A stretch of DNA of 64,000 nucleotides, from contig BTVJ01000014.1 in the NCBI GenBank assembly GCA_045863395.1, positions 32,001 to 96,000 of the forward strand, given 5' to 3'. Both the position numbers and the translations under genes were made by a program. The stretch is from Myxococcales bacterium (lineage in GTDB: Bacteria > Myxococcota_A > UBA9042 > JABWCM01 > BTVJ01). Below, in pieces: positions 9,500-21,500 of this stretch (positions are counted from its first letter, which is position 1; every line of letters begins with the position of its first letter). The notes beneath the pieces are model-generated. The model saw only the letters and a list, made by a program, of their open reading frames with translations. It was not told the DNA's origin and made no database searches.

Positions 9500-11815
9500 A
9501 TGTCCCGTGCCCCCGTCCTGGCGACCATCGCCGCCCTGTGGGCCCTGTCGCCCCTGCCGGCCTCCGGCGAGCCGGTCCCTGAGCCGCTGGCTCTCGTCCC
9601 CTCCGGCCCCGTCACGGTGATCGTCGGCCAGACTCTGGAGCTCCAGGCGTCCGGTGGGACCCCGCCGTACACCTGGATCTCCCTGGACCCGGGGGTGGGC
9701 GTGGTGGACGACGCCGGCGTGTTCCTGGCCGTCGGCGCCGGATCGTCCTCCACCACGCAGGTCCTCGTGCTGGATGCCGTCTCCTGCACTGCGGTGAGTG
9801 GAGAGATCACGGTCCCCAAGGACAGCGATGGCGACGGGCTCCCCGACACGTGGGAGCTCGCTCACGGCCTGCTGATCGGCGAGGACGACGCGGCGGCAGA
9901 CGCCGACGGCGACGGCGCGACCAACGCGGCGGAGTGGGGCGCCGGCAGCACACCGACCAAGGCGGACACGGACGGCGACGGCATGCCCGACGGGTGGGAG
10001 ATCATCAACGGGCTGTCTCCGGTGATGCCGGACGGCAGCGCTGACCCTGACGGCGACGGCCTGGACAACCTGCGCGAGTACCTGAGTGGCCACGACCCAC
10101 ACATGAGCGATGCCGGCATCGACACGGACGGCGACGGCATGGACGACGTGTGGGAGATCAACCACGGCCTCGACCCGGCCAGCCCGGCCGACGCGGCGGC
10201 GGACCCCGACGGCGACGGCCTCGTCAACGGCATCGAGCGGCTCGCGGGGACCAGCCCACACGAGGCCAACGAGCACCTCCCCGACGCGGACGGCGACTGG
10301 ATGCCCGATCCGTGGGAGATCGCCTGGGGGACCGACCCCCTGGTTGCCGACCACTTCGTCGACGCGGACGGCGACGGCTTCCCCCACTACCTCGAGTACC
10401 TGCTCGGGACCGACCCCTTTGGCCACAACGGCGCCCTCACGGACACGGACGGCGATGGCATGCCCGACCAGTGGGAGCGGACGTTTGCCCTCGACCCGGC
10501 GGTGGACGACGGCGACCTGGACGCCGACGCGGACGGACGCCCCAACCGGGTGGAGTACCGGGGGGCGACCAACCCCGCCGGCAAGGACGCGGACGTGGAC
10601 GGCGACGGCATGGCCGACCGGTGGGAGCACGGCTTCGCGGTGTCGGATCCGCTGGGCAACCCGGACAACGATCACCTGTCCAACGTGGAGGAGTTCAACA
10701 AGGGCAAGAACCCGCAGGTGCTGAACCCATACACGGTGGGGGTGGACCCATCGACGGCGGCGCTCGAGGTGGGGGAGCAGGTCACGCTGGCTTGTACCAA
10801 CGCCATCGGGCCGTGCACCTGGACCTCCGACGCGCCGGGGGTGGCGACCGTCGCCGGTGGGGTGGTGTCGGGGGTGGCCCCGGGGGTGGCGCTCGTGACC
10901 GCGCGTGACTCCAACGAGATCAAGGGGATCGGCGTGGTTGCGGTGCGGGAGTCGCCCGTCGCGGGGCAGCCGGAGCCGGTGGGGGTCCACCCCACGAGCG
11001 CAGCGCTGGTGGAGGGAGGGCGCCTCGCCTTCGCCGCCTTCGGTGGGGTCCGGCCGTATGGTGCGATCACGTCGTCGGACCCGGCGGTGGTCGCGGTGGA
11101 GGCAGACCTGGACACCGCGGGAGCTCCGGTAGGAACGGGGTGGCTCGCCGCCGGCCACGCGGGGCAGGCGACGGTGACCGTGAACGACGGCGGCGGCGCT
11201 ACCGCGACGATCACAGTGAGCGTGGCGGCCGGGGTGGTGACCGTGTCGCCGCCCTCCCTGTCGCTCGCGGTGGGTGAGAGCGCCGGCCTGTGGGCCACCG
11301 GCGCGGCTCCGCTCACGTTCCAGTCGGCGGACAGCGCCGTCGCGACGGTCGGTGCCTCCACCGGCAAGGTGACGGCCGTGGCGGCGGGCGTCACGCAGGT
11401 CGTCGTGACGGACGCCTTCCAGCGCCAGGCGGTGGTCGACGTCACGGTGGAGAACCCGGTGCTGATCCTGGCCCCCGAGGAGCTGACCCTCGCCGTCGGG
11501 GCCGGCGTCGCCCTGGTCGCCGTCGGGGGTGTGCCACCGTACTCGTGGGCGTCGAGCGACCCGGCGGTCTCCGTCGAGGCGGGGTACGCGCTGGCCGTGG
11601 CGTCCGGAGCAGCCGTCGTGACCGTGACCGACTCCGCCGGGCAGAAGGCGACCGCCACCGTGACGGTTGCGGCCGCGAGCGCGGCGGAGGGGTGCGGTGC
11701 AGCGCCCGCTGGACCCGCGGGGGTGCTGCCGGTGCTCGCCGCGCTCGCCGCGGTCCTCGTCGCGGTGCGGTTGACGTTCGGCCCTCGCAGGCGCAGAGTC
11801 GGGGCACCTGACTAG
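9500..11815 (+). CDS. Secreted surface protein: DxDGDG Ca-binding (TSP3-like) repeats, several Ig-like (Big_2-type) domains and a MYXO-CTERM-like tail
   Basis: Signal peptide; more than 10 DxDGDGxPDxWE / DPDGDGLxNxxE units; WxSxDPxVAxV...G.V.A...G.A.VTV Ig units; C-terminal GC motif + hydrophobic helix + RRRR. Confidence 0.85.
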   Translation: MSRAPVLATIAALWALSPLPASGEPVPEPLALVPSGPVTVIVGQTLELQASGGTPPYTWISLDPGVGVVDDAGVFLAVGAGSSSTTQVLVLDAVSCTAVSGEITVPKDSDGDGLPDTWELAHGLLIGEDDAAADADGDGATNAAEWGAGSTPTKADTDGDGMPDGWEIINGLSPVMPDGSADPDGDGLDNLREYLSGHDPHMSDAGIDTDGDGMDDVWEINHGLDPASPADAAADPDGDGLVNGIERLAGTSPHEANEHLPDADGDWMPDPWEIAWGTDPLVADHFVDADGDGFPHYLEYLLGTDPFGHNGALTDTDGDGMPDQWERTFALDPAVDDGDLDADADGRPNRVEYRGATNPAGKDADVDGDGMADRWEHGFAVSDPLGNPDNDHLSNVEEFNKGKNPQVLNPYTVGVDPSTAALEVGEQVTLACTNAIGPCTWTSDAPGVATVAGGVVSGVAPGVALVTARDSNEIKGIGVVAVRESPVAGQPEPVGVHPTSAALVEGGRLAFAAFGGVRPYGAITSSDPAVVAVEADLDTAGAPVGTGWLAAGHAGQATVTVNDGGGATATITVSVAAGVVTVSPPSLSLAVGESAGLWATGAAPLTFQSADSAVATVGASTGKVTAVAAGVTQVVVTDAFQRQAVVDVTVENPVLILAPEELTLAVGAGVALVAVGGVPPYSWASSDPAVSVEAGYALAVASGAAVVTVTDSAGQKATATVTVAAASAAEGCGAAPAGPAGVLPVLAALAAVLVAVRLTFGPRRRRVGAPD

Positions 11816-11841
11816 GGGGACCCGACCCGAGGAGGACGAGC

Positions 11842-12399
11842 ATGAAGCGTGTAGCGACGGCGGTGTTGGTTGTGCTGATGCTGGCGACCCTGGCGCACGC
11901 CCGCACCAAGGAGGGGGTGACCATGCCCGACGAGGTCGTCCTCGAGGGCAAGAAGGTGGTCCTGAACGGCATGGGCCTGCGCGAGGCCACGGCGCTCAAC
12001 GTCGATGTCTACGTGGCGGGCCTCTACCTGGAGAACAAGTCCTCGGACGGCCGCGCCATCGCGGAGTCCAATGAGACCAAGCGGCTGGTGCTGCGCTTCG
12101 TCCGGGATGTCGACGGCGACGACATCTCCAGCGCGTGGACCGAGGGCTTCAAGAAGAACTCGGCGGCGGCGGTGCCGGCCCTGCAGGCACGCATCAACAA
12201 GCTCAACGGCTGGATGCAGGACGTGGAGGACGGTCAGTCCCTCGTCTTCAACTACATTCCAGGAAAGGGGCTCCAAGTCATCGTCGACGGCGCCAAGAAG
12301 GGGTTCATCGAGGGGGAGGACTTCCAGAAGGCGTTCTTCCTGATCTTCCTCGGTGATCCGCCCAACGCCGGCCTCAAGTCGGGGCTGCTGGGCAAGTAG
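11842..12399 (+). CDS. Chalcone isomerase-like periplasmic protein
   Basis: Signal peptide; LNGMGLR...VDVYVAGLYL, F...FFLIFLG.PP...LKSGLLG; strong GAGGAGG RBS. Confidence 0.85.
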   Translation: MKRVATAVLVVLMLATLAHARTKEGVTMPDEVVLEGKKVVLNGMGLREATALNVDVYVAGLYLENKSSDGRAIAESNETKRLVLRFVRDVDGDDISSAWTEGFKKNSAAAVPALQARINKLNGWMQDVEDGQSLVFNYIPGKGLQVIVDGAKKGFIEGEDFQKAFFLIFLGDPPNAGLKSGLLGK

Positions 12400-13048
12400 C
12401 CGCGTCGAGGCGCCCTGTCCACCGGCCCTTCGCCCCAAAGCGCGACAGCAGCTCCCGGCGCTCCTCTCGCGGCACCTCGCACCACGCCTTGTGGGGGCCC
12501 GGGGCGCCCCGGAGCTGCAGCTCTCCCATCTCCTCCAGATAGGCGCCCAGGGAGGCGTGGACCTCGCGGCGCTCCTCCTCCCAGCCCGGCTCCATGAGGG
12601 CGCGGGCCTCGCGGGGGTCTTGCAGCGAGTCCCAGGGCAGCGGCGCGTGGAGGCGCGACGGTGGCACCCACACGGTGGAGCCGCAGCGCTCGGTGGGGCG
12701 GTTCAGCGCCAGGAGCAGGGTGGCGGTCGTGTGAACGGGGGTGTCCTCGGTGGCCCGGCACGGGTGGAGCCGGAGCGGCTCGAGCAGCGCCAGGGTGCCG
12801 AAGTGGGCGGCGCCGAGCACCCCCTCGTGCAGCGGAGCCTCCGCGACCCAGAGCCCTTGGACGGTGGCCGGGCCGAGCTGCGGGAGCCCCATGCCCCACA
12901 GCTCCCGGAGACCGCAGGGGCCCGGGTAGCGGAACAGGGTGGGGCAGGCGTCATCGGGCGCGAAGGGGCGGGCCACGGCGCGGAGCCACGCCGGGGGGCG
13001 GTAGCGCTGGCCGGAGCGCGACTCGAACTGGGCAACGGTCTCGCGCAT
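12374..13048 (-). CDS. Hypothetical protein
   Basis: Protein-like ORF with AGGAG RBS before ATG 13048 and a TATGCT -10-like hexamer upstream; no family recognised. Confidence 0.55.
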   Translation of the reverse strand: MRETVAQFESRSGQRYRPPAWLRAVARPFAPDDACPTLFRYPGPCGLRELWGMGLPQLGPATVQGLWVAEAPLHEGVLGAAHFGTLALLEPLRLHPCRATEDTPVHTTATLLLALNRPTERCGSTVWVPPSRLHAPLPWDSLQDPREARALMEPGWEEERREVHASLGAYLEEMGELQLRGAPGPHKAWCEVPREERRELLSRFGAKGRWTGRLDAATCPAAPT

Positions 13049-13140
13049 GGTGTGCTCCTGGTGGGTGAGCATAGCGGCGAAGGAACCGCAGGGAAAGGTG
13101 CCTCGACAGGGACGGGGCGCTCCCGCTACCCTCGGGCCCC

Positions 13141-14133
13141 ATGACGGTTGGCATGGTCCTCGGCAAGTTCCTCCCTCCCCACGCGGGGCACGTCCACTTG
13201 GTGGAGACGGCGGCGGCCCAGGTGGATCGGCTGATCGTACTGGTGGGGACCCTGGAGCGGGAGCCGATCCCCGGCGCTGTGCGCGCTGGGTGGATGCGCC
13301 AGCTCTGCCCGCCCAACGCGACGGTGGTGCACGTCACGGACGAGAACCCTCAGGAGCCGCACGAGCACCCGGACTTCTGGGACATCTGGGTGGGGACCAT
13401 CCGCCGCGCGTGCCCGGAGCCGCCCGACGTGGTGTTCTCCAGCGAGGCGTACGGCGACGAGCTGGCGCGGCGCCTGGGGGTCCGACACATCGCCGTGGAT
13501 CCGGCGCGGGCGACGGTGCCCGTGTCAGGGACGGCCATCCGGGCCTGTCCGGCCGCCTGTTGGGAGCACATTCCACGGGTGGTGCGGCCGTGGTTCGCGC
13601 GGCGGGTGGTGCTCACCGGCGCCGAGTCCACGGGCAAGACCACCATGGCGGCTCGCCTGGCCGCACACTATGGGGTCCGGTGGGTGCCGGAGTTCGCGCG
13701 GGAGTACATCGGGGGCCGGGGGGACGTGTTCGGCGTCGACGACATGGAGCCCATCGCCGAGGGACACGCGGCGTCCGAGAGCGCGGCCCTCGGGGAGCAC
13801 CCGGTGCTCTTCTGCGACACGGACGCCATCGTCACCAGCGTCTACAGCGCGTGGTACTTCGGGCAGGTGCCACCCCGCGTGGCGGCCCTCGCCGACGCGA
13901 GCCGCCCGGACCTGAGCCTGCTCTTCCACCCCGACGTGCCGTGGGTCGCGGACCCACAGCGAGACCTGCCCCACGTGCGGCTCGCCATGCACGAGAGGTT
14001 CCGCTCCGCGCTCCAGGTTCGCGGGCTCCGGTGGGCGGACGTCACGGGCGGGTGGGACGAGCGCTTCGCCCGGTGCGTGGCGGCCGTGGACGCGCTGTTG
14101 CGGGAGCCCATGCAGCCCAGCGCTGCCCGGTGA
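13141..14133 (+). CDS. NadR-like NMN adenylyltransferase / ribosylnicotinamide kinase (no HTH domain)
   Basis: GKFLPPHAGH (HxGH nucleotidyltransferase), VSGTAIR, then GAESTGKTT P-loop, EFAREY, FCDTD, and DVPWVADPQR. Confidence 0.88.
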   Translation: MTVGMVLGKFLPPHAGHVHLVETAAAQVDRLIVLVGTLEREPIPGAVRAGWMRQLCPPNATVVHVTDENPQEPHEHPDFWDIWVGTIRRACPEPPDVVFSSEAYGDELARRLGVRHIAVDPARATVPVSGTAIRACPAACWEHIPRVVRPWFARRVVLTGAESTGKTTMAARLAAHYGVRWVPEFAREYIGGRGDVFGVDDMEPIAEGHAASESAALGEHPVLFCDTDAIVTSVYSAWYFGQVPPRVAALADASRPDLSLLFHPDVPWVADPQRDLPHVRLAMHERFRSALQVRGLRWADVTGGWDERFARCVAAVDALLREPMQPSAAR

Positions 14134-14205
14134 CCCGCCAGAGGGGCTCTCGCCAGCGCGCCGCCGACTGTGCTAGTGGTGGGCCCTCTCCCGGAGGTGC
14201 TGTCC

Positions 14206-15495
14206 ATGCTCCAGCGCGTCGTCGTACTTGGCCTTGGCCTCGTTTTCGCGGGGAGCGCCGCCGCGGGTCCGCCCGATGCGCTGCTGGAGCGCGCCCGTGG
14301 CATCCTGGCCACGACGCCGCTCATCGACGGCCACAACGACCTCCCATGGCAGGTGCGGGACCGTGCCGGGGGGAGCCTCGATGACCTGGATCTGGCCTCT
14401 GACACGGGCCGCCTCGACCCGCCCATGCACACGGACATCTCACGCCTTCGAGCGGGCGCCGTGGGCGGAGTCTTCTGGTCCGTGTACGTGCCCGTGGACC
14501 TGAAGGCGGCCGTGCAGGCCACCTTCGAGCAGATTGACGTCGTCCATCGCATGGCGGCCCGGTGGCCAGAGACCTTCACGGTGGCGCGCACGGCCGACGA
14601 GGTCATGGCAGCCTTCCGCGCCGGCCGCGTCGCGTCCTTGATAGGAATGGAGGGCGGGCACTCCATCGGCGGGTCCCTGGCGGTCCTCCGCCAGGCCTAC
14701 GCCGCGGGCGCCCGTTACATGACGCTGACCCACTGGAAGAACACGGCCTGGGCGGACGCGGCAACGGACACCCCACGGCACAAGGGTCTGACGGCGTTCG
14801 GGCGGGAGGTCGTCCGCGAGATGAACCGCCTCGGCATGCTGGTGGACCTGAGCCACGTCTCCGTCGCCACCATGCACGCGGCCCTCGACGTGGCGGAGGC
14901 GCCGGTGATCTTCTCGCACTCCGGTGCGCGCGCAGTCTGCAACCACGTCCGAAACGTCCCCGACGACGTGCTCCTGCGGCTGCGCGACAACGGCGGCGTC
15001 GCCATGGTCAACTTCCTGCCGGCCTACGTCTCCGACAAGGTGCGTCTGCGGGGCACGGTGGAGGCTGCGGAGCGGGCCCGCCTGGACGCCTTGCACGTGG
15101 GCGACCCGGACGGCGCGGCGACGACCCTGGCGGCGTGGCGCAAGGCGAACCCCGCGCCCCGGGCGACCCTCTCCCAGGTGGCCGACCACATCGACCACGT
15201 CCGCAAGGTGGCCGGCATCGACCACGTGGGCCTGGGCTCGGACTTCGACGGCTTCGACCGGGGCCCGAGGGGCCTGGAGGACGTCTCCCGCTTCCCCGAC
15301 CTCATCGCGGAGCTCCTGCGCCGCGGCTACACGGACGAGGAGGCGGCGAAGGTGGCTGGCGGCAACGTGCTGCGGGTGCTGCGGCAAGCGGAGGCCGTGG
15401 CCGCTCGGCTGCAGAGCCAGCGCCCCCCGTCGGAGGCCCGCATCGAAGAGCTGGACCGGCCCACGGGGGGAGCCAAGGAGCGCTCGTCGCGGTGA
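14206..15495 (+). CDS. Membrane dipeptidase (peptidase M19), secreted
   Basis: [36 protein letters not shown] and GLGSDFDG; signal peptide. Confidence 0.93.
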   Translation: MLQRVVVLGLGLVFAGSAAAGPPDALLERARGILATTPLIDGHNDLPWQVRDRAGGSLDDLDLASDTGRLDPPMHTDISRLRAGAVGGVFWSVYVPVDLKAAVQATFEQIDVVHRMAARWPETFTVARTADEVMAAFRAGRVASLIGMEGGHSIGGSLAVLRQAYAAGARYMTLTHWKNTAWADAATDTPRHKGLTAFGREVVREMNRLGMLVDLSHVSVATMHAALDVAEAPVIFSHSGARAVCNHVRNVPDDVLLRLRDNGGVAMVNFLPAYVSDKVRLRGTVEAAERARLDALHVGDPDGAATTLAAWRKANPAPRATLSQVADHIDHVRKVAGIDHVGLGSDFDGFDRGPRGLEDVSRFPDLIAELLRRGYTDEEAAKVAGGNVLRVLRQAEAVAARLQSQRPPSEARIEELDRPTGGAKERSSR

Positions 15496-15510
15496 GCCCC
15501 CCCTTGCGCG

Positions 15511-18500
15511 CTATGGCGACGTCTGAATCACCAGGAAGGTGGTGCCCACGGTCAAGCCGGCGGAGGTCTTGTCCGCCGCCGCGACGCCCGTGACCCAGAC
15601 CTCCGCGGGGGCGCCCGGCGGGATGCTCTGGTCGATGGTGAAGTGCAGCGTCATGAGCACCGGGTCGCCCATGACGACCCCTTGCTGGATCCAGGCGTCG
15701 GTCAGGGGGACCGTCGGGTCCGAGGCGTTGGCGAGGATCATGGTCCCGACGCCCACCCAGTTGGAGAGCTGGTTCGGCTGCATGCTCAGGGAGTGGCCGC
15801 TCTGGAGTGAGCTGAACGGCGACGGGATGGTCCACGGGAACCCGAAGATCGGGTGGACCCCGTCGCTGATCTGGTTGAAGACGAGGCGCGTGTCGTAGTG
15901 CAGGGTGAGCTGGAGGGCGGCCGCGGGGAGGTCTCCCTGGGCAGTGCGCGCGAGCTGGACCTGGCACTCCACCGTCTCACCCACCTCGCCCGTCAGCACG
16001 CAGAGGAGGCCGTAGCCCGGGTCCTCGCAGGCCGCGTAGGGGGTGCCGCCGCAGACCTGCGCCACGCACACGTCGGCCGTCGTGCAGGCGTCCCCGTCGT
16101 CGCAGGGGGTGCTGTCTGCCGCCGGGATGCCGCAGGCGCCCGTCGCCGGGTTGCAGACGTCCAGGGTGCAGGGGTCGCCGGTCGGCGGGCAGGTGATGGT
16201 GATCCCTGCGCAGCCGGCGGCGGAGCAGGTGTCGTCGACCGTGCAGGGGTTGCCGTCGTTGCAAGACGCGCCCACCGAGGGCGAATGGACGCAGCCCTCC
16301 TCGGCGGTGCAGGAGTCCGTCGTGCACGGATCGCCGTCGTCGCAGTCCAACGTGGCGCACTGAGCCTGCGGCACGTCGAAGGTGACCAGGGGCACGAACA
16401 CGCCCGCCGCCGGGTCCGTCACGCGGCTGCCGAGGAAGGCCACGCTCTCCACGATACCGCCGACCGGGTCGAGCACGTCGAGGATGATCACCACGCCCAC
16501 GCCAACCTCTGGCGTCGTCAGGCCCGACACGGTCGTGGCCCAGGTGCCGCCGCCCATCGGGGCGCCCGCCCCCATGCGCCCGTCGAGGGTCGCGACCGAC
16601 GCGCTGGAGAAGGCCAGGGCCCCGGCGTTGGCCAGGGTGCGGACCTCGAAGCTCACGGCGAGCTGCGTGTCGACCGGAGCCTGCTCCCGGTCGCGGATGG
16701 TCGCGACCAGGTCCCACTGCCCGGGTCCTGACGGCGTCGCCTCGGCGGAGACGAAGTGGGTGAGGCGCGCCAGCACGCGGCTCAGGAAGTAGGCGTCGTT
16801 GACGTTGACCGCGCCGTCGGGGAAGGCGTCCGCCTTCGAGAGCTGCCCCGGCGTCATGGTCACGAGCCCTGCGAGGGCCTGCTGCACGAAGAGGCCGTCG
16901 TTGGCGGCCAGCGAGCAGTCGTCGTTGGCGTCGCCGAGCACCGGGTCGTTGGGGCAGGCCGGGTCCAGGTCACCCGCGCCAGCGATGAGGTTGCGCGGCG
17001 TGGGGGGGCCGATGGCGGTGGTGCCGTCAATGGCGACCACCTGCTTGATCACGCCCTCGACCGGGGTGATGGCGGGGCCGGCCGACTTGATGGCCCGGAA
17101 CTGGATCTTGGCGATCTCGACGGCGGACCCGCTCGGCGGAGACCCCGTCGGTGACGAGAAGCCATTGATGAAGACCGTGCCAGGCGTCGTGCTCGCGTTG
17201 CCGCTGAAGGTCGTGCCAGCGCCGAGCCCGGCCCCGGGGGTCACGCCCATCGCCTCGATGACCGCCGGGTCGAAGTGGATCTCCAGGTCGAAGGCGCCCA
17301 GCCCCGCGCCGCCCGTGTTGATGCGCACCGGCATGGTGAACAGCTCGTTGGGCAGCCGGTCCTTGTGGGCGAGCCCGGACGTGTCGCCCAGGTCCACGTC
17401 GCCGGTCGCCGGGGTCAGGTTGCAGGCGATGGGCACGGCGACGGGCGGTCCGAAGGCGGCCCCCGCGTCATTGGCCACGTCCACGGTCAACGAGGTCGGG
17501 CCGTTGCCCCGGATGGTCGCGAGCCCCGTCGCGCTGATCGTCGCGAACTGGGTGGCCGTCGACGCGAAGTCCAAGAGCCCCGCGACGAGGTTGGCGCCGG
17601 TGAGCTGGCGCCGCGTCCCGTCGGAGAAGGTGCCCCACACGGTCATCTGCGTGGTGCCCGCGTCCTTGACCCCCGAGAACGTCGCCCCGCTTGCGACGGT
17701 CGCGGTCAGGGCCACGAGGTCCACGTGGCCGCCGTCCACGTCCATGGGCACCGCGTTGGAGGCGTGACCCACGCTGGTCCCGACGATCTCCGCGGTGCCC
17801 GTCGCGACCGCGCTGACGACCCCGCCGCTGATGGACAGCACGCCGGCCTTGGGCGCCTTGGTCACCGGGTCGCGCACCACCCACACCGTGTCGGGCCGGG
17901 TCGTGATGTTCACGCTCGCGCCGTTGCTGAAGGTCTCGACGAGCTCCAAGAGCGCGGTCTGGCGCGTGGTGGTCCCCTCGATGTACGAGAGCAGTGACTC
18001 CGGCGCCTTGGGCCCGCTCGGGGTGTACGGCTCCCAGGCGCTGAGCTGGAGTGCGCCGTGGGTGACCACCTCGACGGTGGCCTCGGCGAAGACCTCCGCA
18101 GGGAAGGTGTCGAAGGTGACCCGGACCTTCGCCGTGCCCACCCCGTTGCCCGTGGAGGTGACGAGGCCCGAGCCCGACACCGTGATCAGGTCGTCCGGGT
18201 CCAGCGTGGTCGCGTCCCACTGGGTGCGGGGGTCGTTGGTGAAGTCGGTGCTCGACCCGTCGACGTAGTGGACGGTGACGGTGAGCTGCTTCGTGACGGG
18301 CAGGTTCAGGTGCGTGGCCGCCGTGTCCGTCGGGCTCAGGGCCAGGTCGAAGGTCGCGGGGCTCAAGCTGGCGCTCGACGCCGCGGGGAGCACCACGTTG
18401 ATGGGGCCCTCGCCGACGGCGAGGGTGCCCGCGGCGCCGTCCCCGAGGACCGCCTGCACGTCCGTCAGGCCGGAGCCGATGGCGGTGACCAGGCCGTCCT

Positions 18501-21500
18501 CATCCACCGTCACGATGCCCGGCGCCTCCGCCCCGAAGCTCAGCCACGGGTGCCCGGTGACGTCCATGACGCTCCCGCCGTTGGTGTCTCCGTCGTCTGA
18601 GAAGCGCAGGAAGGTGTGGGCCTGCACGGTCGCGTACTCCGCGTCCAGGAAGGCCGTCGCGCGGAGGCGGCCGTGGACCTCGCCGACCTGTGCCGCGATG
18701 GGCGTGCCCGGCGAGACGGGCAGGGTCTCCACCTTCGCGGGCAGGACCACGTCGAGGGACACGGGCGTGACGGGGGTCGCCGACACCGTCACCGTGGCCG
18801 ACCCGAGGGGCTGGCCGGCTACGGAGGCGGCGATGGTCGCGGCGCCGGGCGTGGCCGCCGTCACGGCACCCGTCGGGCTCACGGTGGCCGCGGTGCCCTG
18901 CACCGACCACGAGACGAGGGACCCGAGATCGACGGTGAACGACACCGGCCCGCCGCGGAACGTCGCCAGGGCGCGCGCGCGGGTCGACTGCCAGCCGCCG
19001 AGGCCCGTGATCGGCTGGAGCACCGGGTCGCCGAGCACCACGTCCACGGGCAGCTCCAGGGCCGCGACCCGGAGGGGGACCGTGGCGGTGTGGCCCGCGG
19101 CGGTCACGACGATGGAGGCGAGCCCGCCGTAGGAGCCGGCGACGGCCACGCAGCCCGCCTGGACACCGAGCACCGCCGGGTTGGTGGAGATGCAGGAGGT
19201 CCCCCCGCTGGCGGCGATGTCCGTCGTCGTCGCGTCGGACCGCAGCCCGAGCACGTGGATCTGCGACGTGCGAGCGAGCCCCGGGATGCCGGCAAGCCCC
19301 ACGAGCTGGTGCTCGGTGGCCCACACCTGCAGGCCCGTCACGGAGATTGTGGCGACGGTGACCTGCCCCGTCGTCGATGAGCCTGAGCCATCCCGCAGGA
19401 CCATCGGCGCGTTGGTGGCGAGCTTCGTCAAGGAAGTAGAGTACAAATCGACCAAGAGGCCCGTGATCTGGGTCACAGCACCCGGGGTCGCCCCAGGCTT
19501 GATCTGGAACGTGACGGTCGCCACGTGGACGGTGTCGCCGGAGGCGCCCGGGCTGCCCACGCTCTCGTTGATGGCGTTGAAGGCGAGGGTGCCCGTGGTG
19601 TTGGCGTCGCCGCCCGCGTTGTGTACGGGCAGCCCCATCGGGGCGGCGGCCCCCTTGGCCACGGCGGTCACCGCGAGCACGGCGGGATCGAAGAAGAGGC
19701 GCGCGTCGTAGCTGCCGATGGACTGGCCCGCCGAGTGGATGAGCACCGGCACCTGGAAGGTCGTGCCCGCATAGCGCGGCCCGAGCGGGAGGCGGGCGCC
19801 GGCGGTGGCTGGTGCGAGGGCCAAGGGGGCGGGCGACGCGACCGCGGTGACGGCCACGGGCGCGGACGCGACGGGCCCCGACGTCGCGACGACGGAGAGG
19901 GAGCCCCCGCCGCTCAAGGCCGCGCCCGGGATGTTCAGGTTGGTCTCGCAGCGGCCGTCCGCCCCGAGGGAGCAGGAGAAGGACCCCGACCAGGCACCGG
20001 TGACCGTCAGGGTCACGCCGGTGCCCGTGGCGGCCTGGCGCCCCTCCGTGTCGCGACCCGTGACCCACGCGCGGGTCAGGGAGTCGTCCTCGCGGAGCGT
20101 CAGCGCCGACAGCGAGAGGTCCAGCGACCCGATGGGGCCGGCGCTCACCGCCAGGGGCGCAGCGCCGCCCGGCACGCCCAGCGCCTCGCCGGAGACCGCG
20201 CCCGAGCGGTTCGGGCGCGCGAGGCCCACGATGGCGGACGCATACTTGCCCTCGCCGATGGTCTCCACGATGCCCGAGGCCGCGCCGACGCTGGACGAGA
20301 AGACGACGGGGAGCCACGGAACGCCGGGCTCGATGGGGTCGCAGGGCTCCTCGTCCGTCGAGCCGTCGCAGTCGTCGTCGGCGCCGTTGGCGCACAGCTC
20401 CAGGCCCGTGGAGCCAGCACAGACACCGGCGCCGCACTCGTCGAGCGCCGTGCACGGGTCGCCGTCGTCGCAGTCCGTGCCGTCGATGCCGGCAACCCCG
20501 CACGAGCCGGTCAGCGGGTCACACACATCGAGGGTGCAGACGTTTCCGTCGGCCGTGCACGTCGTTGGCGCGCCCGGCAGGCAGGCGCCAGCGAGGCAGG
20601 CGTCGCCGGTGGTGCAGAGATCGCCGTCCTCGCACGGCGTCCCATTGTCGGGGACCTGGCTGCACGCGCCGGTCTGCGGGTCGCACACGCCGGCCGTGCA
20701 GGGGTTGCCGTCCTCGCTGCACGACAGCGGGGTGCCCGGCTCGCACGCGCCGGCGGCGCAGGCGTCGTTGAGGGTGCAGGCGTTGCCGTCGTCGCAGGGG
20801 CCCGGGGCGGCCACGCCGCAGAGCCCCGTGGCGGGGGTGCAGACGTCTGCGGTGCAGGGGTTGCCGTCGTCGGGGCAGGTGACGGGGGCGCCCGGGGCGC
20901 AGGCGCCTGCGGAGCAGGTGTCGCCGAGCGTGCAGGCGTCGCCATCGTCGCAGGGCGCGCCGTTGACGAAGGGCAGGCCGCAGAGGCCCGTGGCCGGGGC
21001 GCACACGTCCACGGTGCACACGTCGCCGTCGTCGGGGCAGGTGACCTCCGCGCCGGCGCAGCCGCCCGCGCCGCACACGTCCCCGGTCGTGCACAGGTCG
21101 CCGTCGTCGCACGGCAGCCCCGGGGCGGCCGTCCAGCCGACGGGGTCTGTCGCGAGCGCGCACACGAGGCACGGGTCGTCCGCCTTGGTGGCGCCGTCGG
21201 CGACGCAGAGCCCGCCGATGTCGCACTTGTCGGGGCAGGTGCAGGCGTTGATTGCGGTGGGGACGCTCGCCGGGTTCAGTGGATCGGTGCCGTTGAGCGC
21301 CTCGCAGGTGTCGGGGAACCCGTCGTCGTCGTCGTCCGGGTCGCAGCCGTTGTGCAGGCCGTCGAGATCCGGGTCGTTCTGGGCGAGCAGCGCCGTCACC
21401 CCCTCGTCACCGCTCAGCTTCACGAGGCGTATCAAGATGATCTGCTGTACGTCGAGCACGTTGATCTTGCCGTCGCACTGGAGGTCCACGTCCGCGTCGG

